Below, in pieces: positions 19,346 through 28,719 of a stretch of 64,000 bases of DNA. This DNA is from Deltaproteobacteria bacterium (GTDB lineage: Bacteria > Myxococcota_A > Polyangia > Fen-1088): assembly GCA_033763315.1 (NCBI GenBank), contig JANRKS010000007.1:1-64000 (forward strand), given 5' to 3'. The position numbers and the translations under genes are program-made. The notes below the pieces were generated by a model that worked only from the letters and a program-made list of their open reading frames with translations, did no database searches and was not told where the DNA came from. The first letter of the stretch is position 1, and the number at the start of each line of letters is the position of its first letter.

Positions 19346-20080
19346 ATGAATGCCGTCGTACTTACACACGTGGCGATGGAAGGCCCGGCCCGGTTAACCT
19401 TGGCCGCCGAGCGCGCGGGTTTGGCCGTGCATACCGTTAAGCTGTTCGCGGGGGAGCCCGTGCCGCAGGTCGCGCTTGATGACGTTTTGGTGGTAATGGG
19501 CGGCCCCATGGGTGTGGCGGACATCGGCGATGCCCGGTACCCGTTCCTGGCAAGCGAAGTGGCTTTGCTCGCCGAACGCATCAATACCAACGCGCCCACC
19601 TTGGGCGTGTGTTTGGGCGCGCAGCTCTTGGCACACGCTGCAGGCGCGCGCGTTTATCCCAACACGCGCATGGTCAACGGTCAGCCCGTGCCCCTCTTGG
19701 AGGTCGGATGGGCCCCCGTGCGTTTCGCAAGCCTTGAAAACGAGCCTGTTTTGCAGGGTCTGCCTGAACAGCAAACGGTGTTGCACTGGCACGGCGATAC
19801 ATTCGACTTGCCGGCGCGCGGCGTGGCCTTGGCTTCAACGCCGCTCTGCCGCAACCAAGCGTTTCGACTCGGCACGCGCCTGTTCGGGCTGCAATTTCAC
19901 TGTGAGGCCGATCCACAGACCGTGCACGTGTGGACGGAAGAAGATGCCGCGTTCGTGCACAAGGCGCTGGGCCCACAAGGGCCGGCCGAAGTGCTCGCAC
20001 AAACCGCGGCTCTCTCAAAGGCTGATCGTGAACACAACGATCGCTTGCTCGACAACTTGCTCCGCTGCATGCTGGCGTGA
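19346..20080 (+). CDS. Class I glutamine amidotransferase-like protein
   Basis: MGGPM, LGVCLGAQL, HWHGD and QFHCE. Confidence 0.85.
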   Translation: MNAVVLTHVAMEGPARLTLAAERAGLAVHTVKLFAGEPVPQVALDDVLVVMGGPMGVADIGDARYPFLASEVALLAERINTNAPTLGVCLGAQLLAHAAGARVYPNTRMVNGQPVPLLEVGWAPVRFASLENEPVLQGLPEQQTVLHWHGDTFDLPARGVALASTPLCRNQAFRLGTRLFGLQFHCEADPQTVHVWTEEDAAFVHKALGPQGPAEVLAQTAALSKADREHNDRLLDNLLRCMLA

Positions 20081-20111
20081 CGGCCGCCGCGCCAACATGC
20101 ATTCGCACACG

Positions 20112-21074
20112 TTAGAGCGCCAGCGTGTGAATCTCGACCACGTTCTTTTGAAACAACGGTACGATCACGCGGTTGCGTCCGCCGTCGTAACCGATGTCTG
20201 CGGGTGACGGCACATCCGTGATCACAGCCTCAAAGGCTGCGTTGCTGCCAGGCTTGCCGTGATAGATGCTGCTTGAAGCCCAACTGGTCACAAGAAACGA
20301 ACCATCGCGCAACATCACCACGCCATCCAGCTGGCCTTCTGGCATCTCGACAGCGCCACTTAGTTTGCCGTCCATGCCCACCATTTGCAGTGTTTTGCCA
20401 CCAAAGTTCACCACCCACAACATATCGCCGTGGGTAACCAACCCATTGGGGCCAGCGAGCGACTTGTTCTTGAGAAGCGGTTTGGCCTTGCCGTCTTTGA
20501 TCATGTGAATCGCGTCGCTGCCCGAAGGCTTAAAGCCTGGCTTGAGCCCAGAGTCCGATACGAAAACCGTTTCATCCATCACGGCGATGTCGTTCAAGAA
20601 CGTGGCGCCTTTGATCTTCACTTCGCCTTTGGCTTTGCCCGTGGTGCGATCGAACATGCGAACGGTATCGATGTCAGCCACGTACAAGGTGTCGCCTGCG
20701 ATGGCTAAACCTTTGGGGGCGTTCAAAGTCACGTCCTTGGCCGCGCCGTCGATGAACTTCAATTGCTTTACAACCCCATCAGGTGAAAGCATCGAGATGA
20801 ACCCGTTGTCGTCCTTGCCAAACGGATCGCCGCCGATGTTGCTCACCAGGTACACGTCAGACAGACCATCGTGCAAGGCGGATTCGGGCGTGTCGAAGCC
20901 AACGTCACCAATGCGGATGGGGCCCAGGGGACGGGTGTCAGGCACCTCCGCGTCGGGGGGCGCGGGCTCGGCCACGACGGGCGCTGGCGGAGGCGGAGTC
21001 GCTTCTTGTTTGCACGCCGCCCACCCCCAAAGACCCACGACAAGAAAAACGTTTCGCGTCTGTTTGTTAAACAT
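20112..21074 (-). CDS. SMP-30/gluconolactonase-like beta-propeller lipoprotein
   Basis: Lipobox AAC, Pro linker; TPES, LNDI, PNGL, LDGV and PADI. Confidence 0.75.
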   Translation of the reverse strand: MFNKQTRNVFLVVGLWGWAACKQEATPPPPAPVVAEPAPPDAEVPDTRPLGPIRIGDVGFDTPESALHDGLSDVYLVSNIGGDPFGKDDNGFISMLSPDGVVKQLKFIDGAAKDVTLNAPKGLAIAGDTLYVADIDTVRMFDRTTGKAKGEVKIKGATFLNDIAVMDETVFVSDSGLKPGFKPSGSDAIHMIKDGKAKPLLKNKSLAGPNGLVTHGDMLWVVNFGGKTLQMVGMDGKLSGAVEMPEGQLDGVVMLRDGSFLVTSWASSSIYHGKPGSNAAFEAVITDVPSPADIGYDGGRNRVIVPLFQKNVVEIHTLAL

Positions 21075-21168
21075 AGGTCGTAACGTACCGCATGGCCGCG
21101 GGGCCCGCCAAATCGCCGAGGCGGGCCAGTGCAAGGCGTGCCACACACCTGCTATAGCGACTGCACAC

Positions 21169-22068
21169 ATGACGAAAATTCTTGTGGCGGCGCTTTACAA
21201 GTTCGCGCGCGTGCCCGAACCGCAAGCGCTGGCGGAACAGCTGCGCACGCACGGTGCCGAGCTGGGCGTGTTGGGCACTTTGCTCGTCGCCCGCGAAGGC
21301 ATCAACGGCACCATCGCAGCCGCAAAAGACGCCATCGGCGCTATGCTTGAGGGCATTCGCGCGCAGCCCGCTTTGGCCGCGCTCGAAGCAAAGTTTTCGT
21401 GGGTGGACGAAACACCCTTTCGCCGGCTGAAAGTCCACGTAAAACCAGAAATCGTTACGATGGGCGTGCCCGACGTGGATCCGACCACCCGCGTGGGCAC
21501 ATATCTGACGCCTGCGCAGTGGAACCAGCTGCTGCAGAACGAAGACGTGGTGCTCCTGGACACGCGCAATGACTACGAAGTGCAGATGGGAACATTCAAA
21601 GGGGCTCTTAACCCGAAGACCACCACCTTTCGCGAGTTTCCCACGTTCGTGAGGCAGAACCTGGATCCCGCCACACACAAGAAGGTGGCGATGTTTTGCA
21701 CCGGCGGCATCCGTTGCGAAAAGGCGTCGAGCTTCATGTTGGGCGAAGGCTTCGAAGAGGTGTACCACCTGCAGGGCGGCATCTTGAAGTATCTGGAGAC
21801 GATGCCCCAAGAGCAAAGCCTGTGGCAGGGCGATTGCTTCGTGTTTGATCGACGAGTGGCCGTGGATCACACGTTGGCGCCCGGCGAGCATACGATCTGC
21901 GATCAGTGCCAGCGCCCCCTTTGCGCGTCTGATCGTGCCGCGCCCACGTTCGAGCAAGACGTGTCGTGCCCCCACTGTTTTGCCGAGACGACCGACGAGC
22001 AAAAGCGGGCGCTGCGTGCGCGGGCGAAGATCCTGCGTCCAATTCCGGCGCCTCTGCGCGCGCGGTGA
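21169..22068 (+). CDS. trhO: tRNA uridine(34) hydroxylase (rhodanese domain, YceA)
   Basis: LYKF, EGINGT, DTRNDYE, FCTGGIRCEKAS, GGILKY and CFVFDRR. Confidence 0.92.
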   Translation: MTKILVAALYKFARVPEPQALAEQLRTHGAELGVLGTLLVAREGINGTIAAAKDAIGAMLEGIRAQPALAALEAKFSWVDETPFRRLKVHVKPEIVTMGVPDVDPTTRVGTYLTPAQWNQLLQNEDVVLLDTRNDYEVQMGTFKGALNPKTTTFREFPTFVRQNLDPATHKKVAMFCTGGIRCEKASSFMLGEGFEEVYHLQGGILKYLETMPQEQSLWQGDCFVFDRRVAVDHTLAPGEHTICDQCQRPLCASDRAAPTFEQDVSCPHCFAETTDEQKRALRARAKILRPIPAPLRAR

Positions 22069-22116
22069 TCCGCACCTGACCCCCGGTACGAACCGCGGCA
22101 CCCGGTGCCCCTGCCT

Positions 22117-22130
22117 CTCAGAAAACTGAG
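22117..22130. promoter_or_regulatory. Putative enhancer-binding-protein site (CTCAG-N4-CTGAG)
   Basis: CTCAGAAAACTGAG inverted repeat about 83 bp upstream of a sigma-54 motif. Confidence 0.5.
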
Positions 22131-22204
22131 GGCAACCTTGACGCTGAGAGCCAATTACCTTGGCGTTGCAGCGCAATTTTGCCCGCCCGTGTACGTTGCC
22201 GTCA

Positions 22205-22220
22205 TGGAACAGACTTTGCT
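22205..22220 (+). promoter_or_regulatory. Putative sigma-54 promoter (-24/-12)
   Basis: TGGAACAGACTTTGCT with GG-N10-GC spacing. Confidence 0.7.
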
Positions 22221-22241
22221 GAGGTACGCTCTGAGGATCTC

Positions 22242-23633
22242 ATGCAGGACCCACTCAAGGTTTCGTTCGCTTGTTTACTCGGCATCGTTTCTTCGGCTTG
22301 CAGCAACGGGGGCGCGGCAGACGACGTCAGTTGTGACCCGGCGTTCCAAGATTGCGACGGGTTCGGCGGCGAAGGCGGATTTGCGATGCCAGACGCCGGC
22401 GTGCCCATCGGAGCGGGCGGTGCTTTCCCCATCTTCGACGGTGGTTTTCCAGGCACGGGAGGCGCCACGGGTTTTAGCTGCGCCTCAAGTTCAGCCTGCG
22501 GCGCGGGCGCTTTTTGTGACTTTAAGGACAACACCTGCGGCGCGGTGGCGTTCTTGGTGGCCGCGGGCGGCAGCACCGGCACCGGCGGGGGAAGTGGATC
22601 CTCATCTGGCGCGGCGCTTCCCGCTCCGCCGCCGATGCGCGGCGGCGTATGCACCAACAAGCCCAAAGAATGCGTGGCCCTGTTCTCCCCGGTTTGTGGT
22701 TGCGACAACAAAACCTATGCCAACGACTGCGAGCGTCGGGCGGCCGGCGTCTCTAAGGCGTTCGACGGCGCTTGCGACAAGGCCGTTGTCACCGTGGGTG
22801 AAGGCAGCGCGTGTGGCGCATTCGATGGAAAAAATACGTTCAAATGCAGCAGCGGGTTGTTCTGTGAGTTCGATGCAAAAGTGTGTGGCATGGCAAGCGC
22901 GCGGGGCACGTGCCACGCGATCCCACAACAGTGCGTGGGGGTGAACTCACCTGTGTGCGCCTGCGACGGCAAGACGTACCAGAACGATTGTGTTCGCCGT
23001 CAAGCGGGTCAATCGCTCGTGAGCCCTGGCACCTGTGCCCCCACGGGCGCACAACTTGGGCAAGCCTGCGGGGCAGCGCTTGGGATCAACTGCGACAAAA
23101 CCTTGGTGTGCGATCCCGAGCCAAATCAATGCACGAATGCGAAGTTTGTGGGCACGTGCCGCGCGCAAACCTCGGGAGCATGTTCAAAGGAACTTGTCCC
23201 CGTGTGTGGCTGCGATGGCCGCACATACAACAACGACTGCTTGCGCTTGGCTTCCGGTGTAACCAAGGATCACGACGGCGAATGCAAAACGGTGGCCCGG
23301 TTTGTGCGCTCCGGGCTTTGGGGTGGTGAACATGTGGAACTCACCGCTAAAGATCCGATGACCGGCGGCTCACTTCGATTTGATTGCGGTCGCGCCACCA
23401 TTTTGTCCCCCCTGGAAGTGGACGCAAACGGCAACTTCATGTGGAAAGCGCAGTACTTCTTGGACGGCGGGGCTGTGATGCCCGGCGGTGTGCCGCGCGA
23501 CGCTCTGATCACGGGCTCACTTGGCAGCGATGGCCGCGTGATGAAATTCAGCTTTCAAATCGTGGGGGCAATGTCGGCGCCCACCTTTGGTCTGACGTTG
23601 AATTCAAGCGGCAAGTTCAGTTTGTGCCTCTGA
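22242..23633 (+). CDS. Cys-rich lipoprotein with three Kazal-type domains
   Basis: Lipobox SAC; SPVCGCDNKTYANDC, SPVCACDGKTYQNDC and VPVCGCDGRTYNNDC. Confidence 0.8.
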   Translation: MQDPLKVSFACLLGIVSSACSNGGAADDVSCDPAFQDCDGFGGEGGFAMPDAGVPIGAGGAFPIFDGGFPGTGGATGFSCASSSACGAGAFCDFKDNTCGAVAFLVAAGGSTGTGGGSGSSSGAALPAPPPMRGGVCTNKPKECVALFSPVCGCDNKTYANDCERRAAGVSKAFDGACDKAVVTVGEGSACGAFDGKNTFKCSSGLFCEFDAKVCGMASARGTCHAIPQQCVGVNSPVCACDGKTYQNDCVRRQAGQSLVSPGTCAPTGAQLGQACGAALGINCDKTLVCDPEPNQCTNAKFVGTCRAQTSGACSKELVPVCGCDGRTYNNDCLRLASGVTKDHDGECKTVARFVRSGLWGGEHVELTAKDPMTGGSLRFDCGRATILSPLEVDANGNFMWKAQYFLDGGAVMPGGVPRDALITGSLGSDGRVMKFSFQIVGAMSAPTFGLTLNSSGKFSLCL

Positions 23634-23646
23634 GCTTTTTGCATCA

Positions 23647-26600
23647 ATGACACACCCGCGCCCACCGCGAACGCTGCCTTGGCTTGGCGTTTGTGCGTGG
23701 GCGTTTGCATGCGTGGGTTGCGCCCAAAAAGAAGCCACGCCGTTCGCCACGAATGCGCCTTTGCTGATTACCGAGATCGTCGCCAACAACGATGGCGTCT
23801 GGGTGGATGAGCTTGGCGAAGCCGACGACTTCATCGAACTTCTCAATCAAAGCGGTGCGCCTTTGTCGCTCGGTGACTTTGCTGTGAGCGACAAAGCCAG
23901 CAACGCAGCGGCACTGCCAGCCCGCACGCTGGCGCCGGGAGAGACGATCTTGATATGGGCCGATGGTTCACCACAGCAGGGGGCGGCTCACCTGCCGTTC
24001 AAGTTGAGCGGCGATGGTGAAACCCTGTTTCTGTGGGATAAAGGTGGCACCATGGTGGGGCAAGTGCCCTTCCCCGCCTTGTCGGCCAACATCAGTTTTG
24101 CGCGGCGGATCGAAGCAGGAAAGCCGCTGCCCAAATTTGACGTGTGCCGCTACCCGACCCCGCTGCAACCCAACGGCAGTTGCACGCCTCCTGCACAACC
24201 AGAATTGCCCGACGACGTCGCCTTCGCTCCCTATGTGTGGCCGACGGGCGGGCCCGCCGCAAGCACGCCGCTTTCGTTAAGTGAGTTGGCGTTGCGCCCT
24301 GCCGTTGGCAGCGAAGCGTTCGTTGAACTGGTGAACACCGGAGCCGCAAGCGTGGCATTGCAAGAGTTCTCCTTGCGGGTTGCGCCGACCAAGCCCGGGC
24401 AGCCTTTGCCCACGAGTGCGCAAGGAGGCAGCGTGCCCTTGCCCGCAATGGTGCAGGTGCCGCCCTTGGGCCGCGTGGTCATTCCCGTGCCGGCCGAAGC
24501 CCTGCAGGCATTGGCAGAAGATCCGCTTTTTGAAGGCGTCGTCACTTTGTTCAGCGGGGATGGCAGCGTTGTTGACCGCACCGACTTTATGCGCTGGCCC
24601 GTCGGCGCAACGTTGGCACGTCCACCGGGAAATAGCGGCGCGGACTTTCGCTTTTGCCAACACACGTCTGCGGGGCAAGACAATGTCGATTGCGATCCTC
24701 TGCCCTCTCGTGACGTGGGCGATCGCGTGCGTCACCTCCGCACGCCCGGTGATTTCGCCGCACTCGCCAACGGGGGCACGGCGCTGTCTGAACAAGCGGT
24801 GAAGATTGTGGTCGACATCGCGCGCGGCAACGTCGTGCACCTGTTGAGCACCCGTGGCTGGCCGCTGCACTATAGTTTTGTTCGCGAGCTGATTGATCAG
24901 CAGCCTCGTCTGGATCTGTGCGATGCCACGCAAAACGCTTTGTTTCACGCGGGATGGGTGGAGTTCAGCCAAAAAGAATATTTCGCGGTCGAGGGTCGCC
25001 ATTACCTGCTGGGCACGCTCGTCAAGCACGCGGGCACTTCGCTGCAGACACTGGAGTTTGCCGTGGGCGATGCGATCAGCGGCGCACAAATGCAGCAAGC
25101 CTTCTTCGCGACTATGCGCAGCGTGCCCGATCCGGTGATGTGGACCATGCGTCCGCAAACACCGGGGCAAGTGCAGACGGCGCGTGCGGTAGAAGGGCAA
25201 GTGCCGTTGGTGGGACCAAACGCACCGTTTCGCGGGCTGACCTATCAACCGCTTACGGCGGCCGTCGGATTCGGCGTGCTGCGGTTTGTGGCCAGCGCCG
25301 ATCTGGCAACGGCCACAATGGATCCACGCACGATCTTGATCACCGACGACGTGCCCAACGACATCGACCTGGTGGGCGGCCTCATCACGGAGGCGTTTCA
25401 AGCACCTTTGGCGCACGTGAATGTGTTGTCCAAAGGCCGTGGCACACCCAACATGGGATTGCGAAGCGCCCGCCAAAACCCACGCCTGACGGCACTGCTC
25501 GGCAAACCGGTGCGTTTGCAAGTCCGCGCTGAAGATTTCGACATCCGCGAAGCGACGGCGCAAGAGCTTAACGAACACTGGTCGAAGATCTTGGGCGGCG
25601 GCAAATCGTTGCAGGCCCGCCTCGACACCACGGCGCGCAGGCTGCTGTCGCTCACCGAACTTGGCATCCAGGATCTGCCCCGCGTGGGTGCCAAGGCCGC
25701 ACAACTGGCAGAGCTCACGCACGTCACGAGCCAGGAGCCTGCTTGCCCAGGGGACATGGGGGTGCCCGCAAAAGCGTTCGCTGTGCCGCTGGTGCATTCC
25801 ATCGAGCACACAGTGAACAGTGGGGCGCAAGCGCTGATAACGCAGCTGTTGAACACGCCTGGCCTGCGGCAGGACGTGGAGAAGCGTGCAAGCAAACTCG
25901 CCCAAATTCGGGCGGCCATTTTGCGCGCCAACGTTTCACCACCACTGCTGCGTGCGGTGGAATCGGAAATCAAAGCGCGCTTCGGCATGAAGAAGGTGCG
26001 TATGCGTAGCAGCAGCAACACCGAAGATCTGCCCGAATTCAACGGCGCTGGCATCTACCAATCCACCAGCGCGGCGCAGGGCGATCCGGAACAAACGGTG
26101 GCCGATGGCTTGCGCTTGGTTTGGGCCAGCCTGTGGGGGGCGCGGGCGTTTGCCGAACGAGAGCTTGGGGGCATCGATCACACCACCATCGGCATGGGCG
26201 TGTTGGTTCACGAAGCGTTCTTGTCTGAACTTGCCAATGGCGTCGCGGTCAGCCGCAGTTTGTCCGATCCCAATGATGGCGACATCTATTTCGTCAACGC
26301 ACAATTTGGCGAGGCTTCGGTCACCAACCCGGCGCCAGGCATCGCGACAGAACAGGCGCTTTACCGATGGTTTCGCGACCCACCGCTCGTCTATCAAAGC
26401 CGCAGTACGTTCTCACCGACCGCGCCGGTGCTGGCGTTGGCTGACGTTGAACAATTGGTGTGCCGATTGAGTGTGATCGCGAAACACTTTCGGCCCCTGC
26501 TTGATCCTGAACGCAAGCAGCCGTGGTTCGCCATGGAGGTCGAATTCAAATTTATGCGTGAGGGTGACGGCGGCCAACGTTTGGTGATCAAACAAACGCG

Positions 26601-26655
26601 ACCGTATAGCTTCGGGCGTGCTGACATCCCCGCGGACTGCCGCGAGCGGCTCTAG
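23647..26655 (+). CDS. Lipoprotein with lamin-tail domain(s), a phospho-His-like domain and a PPDK/PEP-synthase ATP-grasp domain
   Basis: Lipobox VGC; ITEIVANN..DFIELLN..FKLSGDGE (LTD); LAHVNVLSKGRGTP; VGAKAA, RSSSNTED, AGIYQS, VWASLW and KQTRP. Confidence 0.75.
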   Translation: MTHPRPPRTLPWLGVCAWAFACVGCAQKEATPFATNAPLLITEIVANNDGVWVDELGEADDFIELLNQSGAPLSLGDFAVSDKASNAAALPARTLAPGETILIWADGSPQQGAAHLPFKLSGDGETLFLWDKGGTMVGQVPFPALSANISFARRIEAGKPLPKFDVCRYPTPLQPNGSCTPPAQPELPDDVAFAPYVWPTGGPAASTPLSLSELALRPAVGSEAFVELVNTGAASVALQEFSLRVAPTKPGQPLPTSAQGGSVPLPAMVQVPPLGRVVIPVPAEALQALAEDPLFEGVVTLFSGDGSVVDRTDFMRWPVGATLARPPGNSGADFRFCQHTSAGQDNVDCDPLPSRDVGDRVRHLRTPGDFAALANGGTALSEQAVKIVVDIARGNVVHLLSTRGWPLHYSFVRELIDQQPRLDLCDATQNALFHAGWVEFSQKEYFAVEGRHYLLGTLVKHAGTSLQTLEFAVGDAISGAQMQQAFFATMRSVPDPVMWTMRPQTPGQVQTARAVEGQVPLVGPNAPFRGLTYQPLTAAVGFGVLRFVASADLATATMDPRTILITDDVPNDIDLVGGLITEAFQAPLAHVNVLSKGRGTPNMGLRSARQNPRLTALLGKPVRLQVRAEDFDIREATAQELNEHWSKILGGGKSLQARLDTTARRLLSLTELGIQDLPRVGAKAAQLAELTHVTSQEPACPGDMGVPAKAFAVPLVHSIEHTVNSGAQALITQLLNTPGLRQDVEKRASKLAQIRAAILRANVSPPLLRAVESEIKARFGMKKVRMRSSSNTEDLPEFNGAGIYQSTSAAQGDPEQTVADGLRLVWASLWGARAFAERELGGIDHTTIGMGVLVHEAFLSELANGVAVSRSLSDPNDGDIYFVNAQFGEASVTNPAPGIATEQALYRWFRDPPLVYQSRSTFSPTAPVLALADVEQLVCRLSVIAKHFRPLLDPERKQPWFAMEVEFKFMREGDGGQRLVIKQTRPYSFGRADIPADCRERL

Positions 26656-26656
26656 C

Positions 26657-27352
26657 TTAGGCAAGCCCGGGGTAGATCGTTTGTACGTCGTCGTCATCGT
26701 CCAGCGCGGCCAGGAAGGCTTCCACTTCGGCGAGCTTCTCACCCTCAAGCGAAACGGGATTCTTGGGTTTCCATCCAAGCGACGCAGAGCTGACGGTCCA
26801 GCCGCGTGATGTCAGGGCGCGGCTTACAACATCAACGTCTGTTGGATCCGTAAAGAATCGACTGCCACCCTCATCGTCGATTTCCACATCCTGGGCGCCC
26901 GCCTCAATGGCGGCCTCTTCGGCGTCGGCACCTGCGGGGCCGTTGGCCTCAATGATGCCCACGTGCTTAAAGTCCCACGACACGGCGCCCGAGGTTGCCA
27001 ACTGGCCTTTGCGAAACAGCACGCGCACGTTCGTGGCTGTGCGGTTCTTGTTCTCGGTAAGGCATTCAACGATCACCGGCACTTGGTGAGGCGCAAAGCC
27101 TTCATAAGTCACGGTTTCGTAGTTGACGTTTTCTTCGAGCAGCCCGGCGCCCTTTTTGATGGCACGCTCAAGCGTGTCACGTGGCATTGAAGCTTTCTTC
27201 GCGGCTTCCACGGCCATGCGCAGCCGCGGGTTCATGTCGGGATCGGCACCGCCGCGCGCGGCCACCATGATTTCCTTCGACAGCTTGGTAAAGATTCGAC
27301 CTTTGGCGTCGGCCGCAGCGGCGCGGCCTTTCGCTTTCCATTGAGCGCCCAT
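26657..27352 (-). CDS. yebC: YebC/PmpR-family protein
   Basis: [23 protein letters not shown] and DDDDDVQ. Confidence 0.9.
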   Translation of the reverse strand: MGAQWKAKGRAAAADAKGRIFTKLSKEIMVAARGGADPDMNPRLRMAVEAAKKASMPRDTLERAIKKGAGLLEENVNYETVTYEGFAPHQVPVIVECLTENKNRTATNVRVLFRKGQLATSGAVSWDFKHVGIIEANGPAGADAEEAAIEAGAQDVEIDDEGGSRFFTDPTDVDVVSRALTSRGWTVSSASLGWKPKNPVSLEGEKLAEVEAFLAALDDDDDVQTIYPGLA

Positions 27353-27411
27353 AAGGCCATTCGTACCGCAGGCTGGGACCGAGGGGAAGCCCCGAAGACG
27401 CCAGGCCGCCT

Positions 27412-28719
27412 TTAAACCAGCGGCAACGCCCCCGTGCTGTCACCAAATTGCGTGGCGTTGACGCCCATTCGCTGGCCCAAGGCAAGCAACAGATTGCATA
27501 GCGGTGTCTTCTCACGCAGGTGCAGATGCCGCCCCGAACGGATGGTGCCAGCGCCTCCCCCGGCCAGCACCACGGGCAAGGGGTAGTGTTCATGGTTGTC
27601 GCCATCGGCGATGCTGGCGCCGTAAAGCACCATGCTGTTGTCGAGCAGCGTATGCGAGCCTTCTTTCACGGCGGCCATGCGCTCCATCATGCGTGCGAGC
27701 AGCGACACATGGTACTGGTCGATCTTCGCCACTTTTTCTTGGCGTTCGGAGCGGTGCTGGTGATGCGACATATCGTGGTGACCGTCCGTGATGCCGATCC
27801 ATGGATAGGGGCGGTTGCTGTTTTCGTTGGCCACCATGAAGGAGGCCACACGCGTGATGTCAGCAGTGAACGCCAACACCATCAGATCCATCATCAGCTC
27901 GACGTGAGGCACGAATTCATCAGGCACCTCGTCGGGCGGCACAAGCGGCGGGCGCGCAAGCGGACCAAAGGATTCAAGCCGCGCCAAGCGTTGCTCAATT
28001 TCGCGCACGCCTGTGAAATACTCATCAAGCCTCACGGCGTCGCTGGCGCTCACCTTGCCCGAAAGCTGTTGGATTTCGGCGCCGACGAAGTCAAGGATGC
28101 TGCGTCGCAAACGATCGCGCGCAGGATCCATGCCCACGTTGAACAACCGATCGAACACAGCCTTCGGATCGCGCTCGCGGGGCAGTGGCAGCTCAGAGTT
28201 CTTCCAAGACAGGTTCATATACGCGCACGGATACGAGTCGCAGTTCTGCCCCCCGCGGTTCGGATCGATCGCCAGCTCAAGCGACGGCAGACGCGTTTTT
28301 TCACCCACGGTTTGAGCGATCAGTTGATCAAGCGAAACGCCCGCTTTGATCACATCAAAACGCTGCTGCACATGCACACCCGTCAGATACGAGCATAACC
28401 CTCGGCTGTGATCGCCATCGCGATCTTCAGGCCGGCGGGCGTTTTCGTGGCCAAGCCCGGAAAACACCAAGGTGTGGCGCTTCCACTTCGATAGGGGGCT
28501 GAGGCTCGGGGAAAGCTGAAGCTCGTCACGCATCGGAGCCGACGGAAACCATTGCGACATGTTCACGCCGTTGGGCGTATAGACCACCGCAAAACGGTTT
28601 GGCCGCGTCATGGCGGCACCCCGCTTTTGTGCGGCCATCACATCAAGCGCGGGCAAAGCCAACGCCACACCCGCGCCACGCAATAAGGCGCGCCGGTTGA
28701 TCATCCAGGACCGCTTCAT
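27412..28719 (-). CDS. DUF1552 domain protein
   Basis: RRALLRG leader; [23 protein letters not shown] and TLLDNS. Confidence 0.9.
   Translation of the reverse strand: MKRSWMINRRALLRGAGVALALPALDVMAAQKRGAAMTRPNRFAVVYTPNGVNMSQWFPSAPMRDELQLSPSLSPLSKWKRHTLVFSGLGHENARRPEDRDGDHSRGLCSYLTGVHVQQRFDVIKAGVSLDQLIAQTVGEKTRLPSLELAIDPNRGGQNCDSYPCAYMNLSWKNSELPLPRERDPKAVFDRLFNVGMDPARDRLRRSILDFVGAEIQQLSGKVSASDAVRLDEYFTGVREIEQRLARLESFGPLARPPLVPPDEVPDEFVPHVELMMDLMVLAFTADITRVASFMVANENSNRPYPWIGITDGHHDMSHHQHRSERQEKVAKIDQYHVSLLARMMERMAAVKEGSHTLLDNSMVLYGASIADGDNHEHYPLPVVLAGGGAGTIRSGRHLHLREKTPLCNLLLALGQRMGVNATQFGDSTGALPLV

Noticed and set aside
20542-21168. N-terminal extension of the trhO ORF (508 aa in the track)
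   Set aside because: Antisense to the SMP-30-like gene; TrhO homology begins at 21169
24277-25905. 542-aa antisense ORF
   Set aside because: Shadow of the motif-rich plus-strand gene; no recognisable motifs, as expected in GC-rich DNA
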